Below are positions 43,624 through 48,588 of a DNA stretch of 48,588 bases, one piece after another. The notes beneath the pieces were generated by a model, which was not told the DNA's origin, did no database searches, and was given only the letters and a program-made list of their open reading frames with translations. The first letter of the stretch is position 1; the number at the start of each line of letters is the position of its first letter. This DNA is from Burkholderiales bacterium. Its GTDB lineage: Bacteria > Pseudomonadota > Gammaproteobacteria > Burkholderiales > JAEUOS01. The stretch lies in contig DATAZV010000384.1 in NCBI GenBank assembly GCA_036271855.1, positions 1 to 48,588 of the forward strand, read 5' to 3'. A program made the translations under genes and the position numbers.

Positions 43624-44238
43624 ATGAGTAAAGAAAACGATTCCGCCGAAGCGAAAGGCTCCTTCGGCGCCGCGCAAGGTTCCTTCGGGGTCAATGACTG
43701 GCGCCACCTGCTGAGGTCGCTGGGCGAAGACCCGATGCGCCAGGGCCTGGTCGAAACCCCGGACCGCGCCTCGCGCGCCTGGGCCCACTGGACCCGCGGC
43801 TACCAGGAAGACCCCAACGCCATCCTCAAGACCTTCGAAGACGGCAGCGAAAACTACAACCAGCTGATCGTGGTCAAGCGCATCCCGGTGTACTCGCATT
43901 GCGAGCACCACCTCGCGCCCTTCTTCGGCCACGCCGCGATAGGCTACCTGCCCACCGGGCGCATCGTCGGCCTCTCCAAGCTCACGCGCCTGGTCAACTG
44001 CTTCGCCGCCCGGCTGCAGGTGCAGGAAAGGCTGACCCAGCAGATCGCGCAATCCCTGCTGCAACACCTGCAGCCCAAGGCCGTGGGCGTGATCATCCGC
44101 TGCCGCCACATGTGCATGGAGTCGCGCGGCATCGCCGTGGCGGGGGAAGAGACGGTTACTTCCGCCATGCTCGGCGACCTGGAGAAAAACCAGGCGCAGC
44201 GCGCGGAGTTTCTCGCGCTGGTGGCGGACAAGGACTGA
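43624..44238 (+). CDS. folE: GTP cyclohydrolase I (FolE, type IA, zinc-dependent)
   Basis: GLVETPDRASRAW..., VYSHCEHHLAPF (Zn-ligand motif), IGYLPTGRIVGLSKLTRLV, QVQERLTQQIA and CRHMCMESRG are all canonical FolE blocks. Confidence 0.95.
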   Translation: MSKENDSAEAKGSFGAAQGSFGVNDWRHLLRSLGEDPMRQGLVETPDRASRAWAHWTRGYQEDPNAILKTFEDGSENYNQLIVVKRIPVYSHCEHHLAPFFGHAAIGYLPTGRIVGLSKLTRLVNCFAARLQVQERLTQQIAQSLLQHLQPKAVGVIIRCRHMCMESRGIAVAGEETVTSAMLGDLEKNQAQRAEFLALVADKD

Positions 44239-44324
44239 GCGCGCGGCACGCGGCGGGGAATTTTCCCTCGCAAACTGACGCCACAGGAATTTTGGGTTAC
44301 GTTTTTCCGCAAGGCAGAGCGCGA

Positions 44325-44381
44325 GGAATTTGGGGTCGGAGTCGTTGTCGCTTTTTGAAAATGACTCCGACCCCAATATCC
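44325..44381. repeat. REP-like palindromic unit 1 (ggaatttggggtcggagt...actccgaccccaatatcc)
   Basis: 13-bp arms tggggtcggagtc/gactccgacccca around a 19-bp loop. Confidence 0.8.
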
Positions 44382-44456
44382 GTGTTGCGAAGTTCCTCAC
44401 TTCGCATGCTGCCAAAAACAAAACGGCAGCAAGTTCACATTTCCACTCCGCACCCC

Positions 44457-44517
44457 GGATATTGGGGTCGGAGTATTTTTTCGGTGATGCTGAAAAACTA
44501 CTCCGACCCCAAATTCC
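44457..44517. repeat. REP-like palindromic unit 2, inverted copy of unit 1 (ggatattggggtcggagt...actccgaccccaaattcc)
   Basis: Same arms and swapped flanks relative to unit 1. Together with the outer gcaagg..gcgcgagg / cctcgcgccttgc arms it forms a nested ~230-bp palindrome (44308-44534). Confidence 0.8.
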
Positions 44518-44753
44518 TCGCGCCTTGCCGTGCGATGCCACGCACCCCATCGCGATCAACAATGCGATGCAGCACCGCCGCCACGTGGCCCACCGGCAAC
44601 AGCCTGACCCCCCGTCACCAGATCGGCCGGGGCAATAAACCACACAAAATCCCCTCCCGCACGCCGGCGTAAGCCCGCCACCGGCAGCGCTGTCCGACAA
44701 GCACTGACAGACTTCCGCGCAAGCGCCAAGTAAGGTTGGCAGCAGGCGGCTTC

Positions 44754-46076
44754 ATGCCGCCGCGAAGGCCTCCCATGCTCATCGGTTTAACCGCGCCGCC
44801 GATTGCCACCCGCACATTCTCGCTGCGCGCCCTCGACTGGCTGAATTTTTTCGTCGCCGACATGCAGGCCTCGGTCGGCCCGTTTCTCGCCGTCTACCTG
44901 GCCGCGCAAGGCTGGAACGAACTGCACGTCGGCATCGCGCTCACCATCATCGGCGTCGCCGCCATCGCCAGCCAGACGCCGGCCGGCGCGCTGGTCGACC
45001 GTACCCGGTCCAAGCGCGGCCTGGTCGCGGCCGCCACCGTGCTCACCGCCCTGAGCGCGCTGGCCATCGCCTTCCGGCCGCAGCCGGCGGTGATCTACGG
45101 CGCCGCCGTCGTCATGGGCGTGGCCGGCGCCGTGCTGGGCACCGCCATCTACGGCATCACCATGGGGCTCTCCGCGCCCGGCGCCTTCGGTGCGCGCCAG
45201 GGCCGCAACCAATCCTTCAACGCCGCCGGCAACATCTTCGCCTCGGTGGCAGTCGGCCTGGCCGCCTACACCATCGACAATCAGACCGCGCTGCTCGCCG
45301 GCGCCGCCTTCGCCTTGCCCGCGCTGGCGGCGCTCGCCGCCCTTTCCCCACACGACATCGACCACGAGCGCGCGCGCGGCGCGCCGCGTGTTGCCACCGC
45401 TTCTGCCACCGCTTCTGTCACCACTCCCCCGCTCACCCTGCGCATGGTCTTCGCCAGGCGCCCGGTGCTGATCTTCATCGCCTGCGCCGTGCTGTTCCAC
45501 TTCGCCAACGGCTCCATGCTGCCCCTGGTCGCGCAAAAGCTCGCCCGCAGCCAGGGCGCCGGCGCCATGGCCTTCATGGCCGCCTGCATCATCACCACGC
45601 AATGCGTCGTCGCCGCCTCCTCGGGCTGGATAGGCCGCGCCGCCGCGCGCGGCCGCAAACCCCTCCTGCTGGTCGGCTTCGCTGTCCTGCCGCTGCGCGG
45701 CCTGCTCTACACCTTCACCGACAACGCAACGCAACTGGTCGGCATCCAGATACTCGACGGCATCTCGCTGGCCGTCTTCAGCGTCATCTCCATCCTGGTG
45801 ATAGCCGACTTCACCGCCGGCAGCGGCCGCTTCAACTACATGCTCGGCGCCATCAACACGGCCGTCGGCATCGGCGCGGCCGCCAGCCAGGTGGCCGGCG
45901 GCGAAATCGTCCACCTCACCAGCTTTCGCACGGGCATGATCTTTCTCTCCGGCATTGCCCTGGTCGCGTTCATTCTGCTGGCGTGGTTGATGCCGGAGAC
46001 GGTGGATCGTCGTTCCGGTTCTTCGCGACGTGCGACGCGCGATGCGCAGGATGCAACGGCTATTGCCAGCGAATAA
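44754..46076 (+). CDS. MFS transporter
   Basis: 12 hydrophobic segments with a central Ala/Thr-rich loop. The TM2-3 loop GALVDRTRSKRG is a typical MFS motif A. The start is ambiguous (44736 TTG, 44754 ATG, 44775 ATG). Confidence 0.85.
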   Translation: MPPRRPPMLIGLTAPPIATRTFSLRALDWLNFFVADMQASVGPFLAVYLAAQGWNELHVGIALTIIGVAAIASQTPAGALVDRTRSKRGLVAAATVLTALSALAIAFRPQPAVIYGAAVVMGVAGAVLGTAIYGITMGLSAPGAFGARQGRNQSFNAAGNIFASVAVGLAAYTIDNQTALLAGAAFALPALAALAALSPHDIDHERARGAPRVATASATASVTTPPLTLRMVFARRPVLIFIACAVLFHFANGSMLPLVAQKLARSQGAGAMAFMAACIITTQCVVAASSGWIGRAAARGRKPLLLVGFAVLPLRGLLYTFTDNATQLVGIQILDGISLAVFSVISILVIADFTAGSGRFNYMLGAINTAVGIGAAASQVAGGEIVHLTSFRTGMIFLSGIALVAFILLAWLMPETVDRRSGSSRRATRDAQDATAIASE

Positions 46077-46196
46077 AAGGGGCCGCGTGCCGTGGCGCTC
46101 CCCTAAGAGTCGCCACCCTCCGCTGTCATTCTGAGCGTAGCGAAGAATCTGCTTTATTCTGGTCTCCAGTCAAGGCCACCAAAGCGGGCAATGATT

Positions 46197-46436
46197 CTAG
46201 CCGCGAGCAAAAAGCAAGACCGCCAAGGCTATCAGGCAAGCGATAGCAAGCGTTCCTACAAGTATCTTGGACGGCGGCCAGAATGGCTGTTCAATCGATC
46301 TAAATTGCTCTTCGGCGCCGCAGAAAGGACATGTGCCGCCTTTAACCGGCCGTTCAAAAGGATGCAGCTGTATACGTCCTCTTGAAAATATCTTAGAGCA
46401 AGCTAAACATTGGACGTTCTTAGGGATAAAAGGCAT
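46197..46436 (-). CDS. Small zinc-ribbon protein with a C-terminal TM anchor (79 aa)
   Basis: CLAC...(21 aa)...CPFC followed by LVGTLAIACLIALAVLLFA. It sits in a locally lower-GC patch. No family recognised. Confidence 0.45.
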   Translation of the reverse strand: MPFIPKNVQCLACSKIFSRGRIQLHPFERPVKGGTCPFCGAEEQFRSIEQPFWPPSKILVGTLAIACLIALAVLLFARG

Positions 46437-46515
46437 ATAGGCTTAAACCATTCGGGGACAGACCACCATTCTTTTGAAATGGTGATCTGCCCCCTATCTG
46501 ATTTGTCGCCGCGCC

Positions 46516-47400
46516 TCACGCGTTCTGCTTCAACCCGCCCGCAGCCACAAGCGCGGGGTGATGCGCCCGCAGGAACGAATGCATTTGCCGTATCGCCAGG
46601 GGCATGCGCTCCTTCGGCTCCTTCCACGGGTACACGCTCACTTCGGCATTCGGCGCCAGCATGGCCGCCTCCATCGCCACCGCGTACGGATGCGGCGGAA
46701 TGTCGTCCGGCAGTATCAGTACCGGCGTGCGGCATTGGCGCACGAAGTCGCGCGTCACGGTAAAGACAAAATCGGGATTGGTCCGGTACATTTTCGTCAG
46801 AAACCGGTCGACCATTTCCATCGTGATCTCGGGCCGGCGCTTCACCAGTTCCGGCCCCCAGCCCTTCATATTGCCGTCGTAGAAAAAGTCGCGCGCTTCC
46901 GGGCGCGACCCGCTTGGCTGCGCCATCACCGCCGCCACAACGCGGTCCGGCGCGCGCCGGATCAGATTCCAGGCCAGCGGGCCGCCGATGCAAAAGCCCA
47001 GCACCATGAACTTGTCGATGCCCAGGTGATCCATCAGCGCCAGGTGGTCATCCGTATAGGCGTCCCACGGCCGCTCCGCTTCGAGCGGCCCGGACGACTG
47101 CCCCTCGTTCGCATTGCGCAGGTCCGACGCGATGCAGCGGTACTCCCCCTTGAACGCCTGCACCGCATCAAACGGATTCGTCAGGCGCGCCATCGTCGAG
47201 TTCAACCCGCCGCCGGCGATGAGCAATAGCGGAAACCCCGAACCGGCCACCTCATAGTGAATGCGAACGGGCCCCTTTTCGTAAATCGACATAGCGTTTG
47301 CTCCCTTGTTGGCCTGCTGCGCAAGCAAGCGCGGCGCCGCCGCTGTTGCCGTCGCCGCCGCGGCCGTTTTCAGAATTTCGCGTCTGACCGAACCCTTCAT
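46516..47400 (-). CDS. Alpha/beta hydrolase with a Tat-type signal peptide
   Basis: MKGSVRREILKTAAAATATAAAPRLLAQQA (RRxhLK twin-arginine motif). LLLIAGGG, nucleophile-elbow-like GFCIGG, and the C-terminal ILPDDIPPHP. The alternative cytoplasmic start MSIYEKGP is at 47292. Confidence 0.8.
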   Translation of the reverse strand: MKGSVRREILKTAAAATATAAAPRLLAQQANKGANAMSIYEKGPVRIHYEVAGSGFPLLLIAGGGLNSTMARLTNPFDAVQAFKGEYRCIASDLRNANEGQSSGPLEAERPWDAYTDDHLALMDHLGIDKFMVLGFCIGGPLAWNLIRRAPDRVVAAVMAQPSGSRPEARDFFYDGNMKGWGPELVKRRPEITMEMVDRFLTKMYRTNPDFVFTVTRDFVRQCRTPVLILPDDIPPHPYAVAMEAAMLAPNAEVSVYPWKEPKERMPLAIRQMHSFLRAHHPALVAAGGLKQNA

Positions 47401-47509
47401 GGCTTGTCTCCCGGATTTGGGCGGTCTATCCGCCTGATTGTAATGGTAGGGGAAAGATCACTATTCTTTATGGAGAAAGGTTCGGCTGCGCTAACTTGGT
47501 TTCAATGAG

Positions 47510-47824
47510 TCATCGGCGTTCATATACCAACTCTCCCTCAGGGACAATTTCAGTTCCTTGAAACCTTCGGTGCCAACAAACGGATGAATGCCACGGTTCT
47601 CCACTTCTTGGCGGTAATTTTGCCGCCAGAGCGTCTACACAACTTTCCAGGGCCTCGGATTTAGGGCCGTCCCAAGCAAATACCTCGCGCTGATAGGTGT
47701 GGATGTTTATCTGCCACGCAACGATCTCTAATGACACAACCTGAACTTCCGTCGGCAACAATGGCACTACCTCATCCAATATGTATTTTCTGGACAGTGC
47801 AATGATCTCTGGAGGCGTTGGCAT
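47510..47824 (-). CDS. Hypothetical protein (104 aa) in the lower-GC terminal region
   Basis: ATG-initiated ORF with ordinary composition. Local G+C is clearly lower than the window average, so the third-position test is uninformative. No family recognised. Confidence 0.4.
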   Translation of the reverse strand: MPTPPEIIALSRKYILDEVVPLLPTEVQVVSLEIVAWQINIHTYQREVFAWDGPKSEALESCVDALAAKLPPRSGEPWHSSVCWHRRFQGTEIVPEGELVYERR

Positions 47825-47893
47825 TACGTTGTACCTGCCTTGTCAAATCATGGACCCGATACCTGAATTGCAGAAAGTTTTGGTTGCCCTGAT

Positions 47894-48376
47894 TCAATTC
47901 GATCCCTGCGCCTCTTTCGGTGCCGGATTGCAGCTTCCCGGCATGAGGTGGCGATAGCTACCGACCATTGCCACATCGACCATTCGGCCTTTAGCATCCT
48001 CTTCGCTCTGTGGCCCATTAGAGGGTAAGTTTTGGATTTCTGGCCCGCCAGCATATACGCGATTAGGCTCAACGCCGTGGCTAACCAAGTAGGCTTTGAC
48101 CGCCTCCGCTCTGCGCTTGGCGAGTATTTGATTGTATGAACGTGGACCGACGTGGTCCGTATAGCCAACGGCGACTATCACTTCTAAATTGATGTTCTCG
48201 ATCTCGGCCAACAACTGATCCAAATCTGCCGCAGCTTTCGGCGAAATGACAATGCTGTCAAAACTAAAATAGACGAAGCTACGAAACGTCGGCTTCCTGC
48301 AGGAAAGTGCCTGGGCCTCGCAAGTAGCCAACATAAATAAAACAGCCAGAGCGAATTTGGCGAAGGAAGCTGTCAT
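47894..48376 (-). CDS. OmpA-like (peptidoglycan-associated C-terminal domain) protein with signal peptide
   Basis: MTASFAKFALAVLFMLATCEAQA signal peptide. VYFSFDSIVISPKAAADLDQLL...VAVGYTDHVGPRSYNQILAKRRAEAVKAYLVSHGV fits the OmpA_C pattern (F.fds..l....l, GhTD..G...YN..LS.RRA.aV). The C-terminal part is divergent. Confidence 0.7.
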   Translation of the reverse strand: MTASFAKFALAVLFMLATCEAQALSCRKPTFRSFVYFSFDSIVISPKAAADLDQLLAEIENINLEVIVAVGYTDHVGPRSYNQILAKRRAEAVKAYLVSHGVEPNRVYAGGPEIQNLPSNGPQSEEDAKGRMVDVAMVGSYRHLMPGSCNPAPKEAQGSN

Positions 48377-48588
48377 TTTGTCTTCTAATTTGGTTGCAGC
48401 GACCCGATTTGAACCTATCAAGACAGTGACTTTGCCGGAAATCTGGGAAGTCCGCAAACGCCCTGAATGAAGCCCTGACAAATCATCCACACTTAGTTGT
48501 CCGACTCGCGTATGTTAGTCACCATGCGCTCGCTTCACTACGGGCACGCTCTTTAACAAACGCAGATTTGATCGCCGGGCAAAAGGCC

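Noticed and set aside
47848-48168. 106-aa minus ORF overlapping the OmpA-like gene
   Set aside because: It is in a different frame from the ORF that carries the OmpA_C motifs, and it has no start context or recognisable features.

Overview
GC-rich chromosomal segment (about two-thirds G+C by eye, not computed). It looks betaproteobacterial, probably Burkholderiales-like: a Bug/TctC-type binding protein, REP-like palindromes and codon third positions that are almost always G or C. About 50 protein genes can be supported. From left to right: a partial PAS/GAF sensor, RidA, a MATE exporter, small membrane proteins, a PNPOx-like stress protein, a Bug-family binding protein, a TfdA/TauD dioxygenase and a stand-alone triple-GAF protein. 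Next come an SDR, a sensor kinase plus sigma-54 activator pair, an FrsA-like hydrolase and a signal-peptide-bearing TPR-CHAT protease. Then a cupin/LysR divergent pair, two large orphan sensor kinases plus a DUF4118 stub, a hydrolase, a Sel1-repeat protein and an outer-membrane barrel. Then a VapBC toxin-antitoxin pair, an ankyrin protein and a six-gene DUF1028 plus Dpp/Opp-type ABC peptide-uptake cluster. The right part holds a tandem cNMP-binding protein, TatD, FolE, an MFS transporter and a lower-GC end with small unknown ORFs and an OmpA-like protein. I saw no rRNA, tRNA, CRISPR array, transposase, integrase or recognisable phage-defence enzymes. Many long ORFs in the supplied track are Ala/Gly/Arg/Pro-rich antisense or out-of-frame shadows of real genes and were rejected. 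The best candidate for something undescribed is the minus-strand module at about 12968-15959. It has an intramembrane-type histidine kinase and an NtrC-family activator, followed by a textbook sigma-54 promoter region (UAS palindrome, IHF site, -24/-12 element). That promoter drives a transcript containing a 15-copy 9-bp tandem repeat and a 72-aa four-cysteine protein. The repeat could encode either a (Gly-Leu-X)15 or a (Cys-Ala-Val)9 peptide. Other noteworthy items are several intergenic repeat families, a 7-copy TTTGCAA-core tandem array in a divergent promoter region, phased T-tracts, and a membrane protein with a pilin-like C-terminal domain but no prepilin leader. All family assignments come from motif recognition by eye. 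No database or HMM search was possible, and start codons are best guesses.
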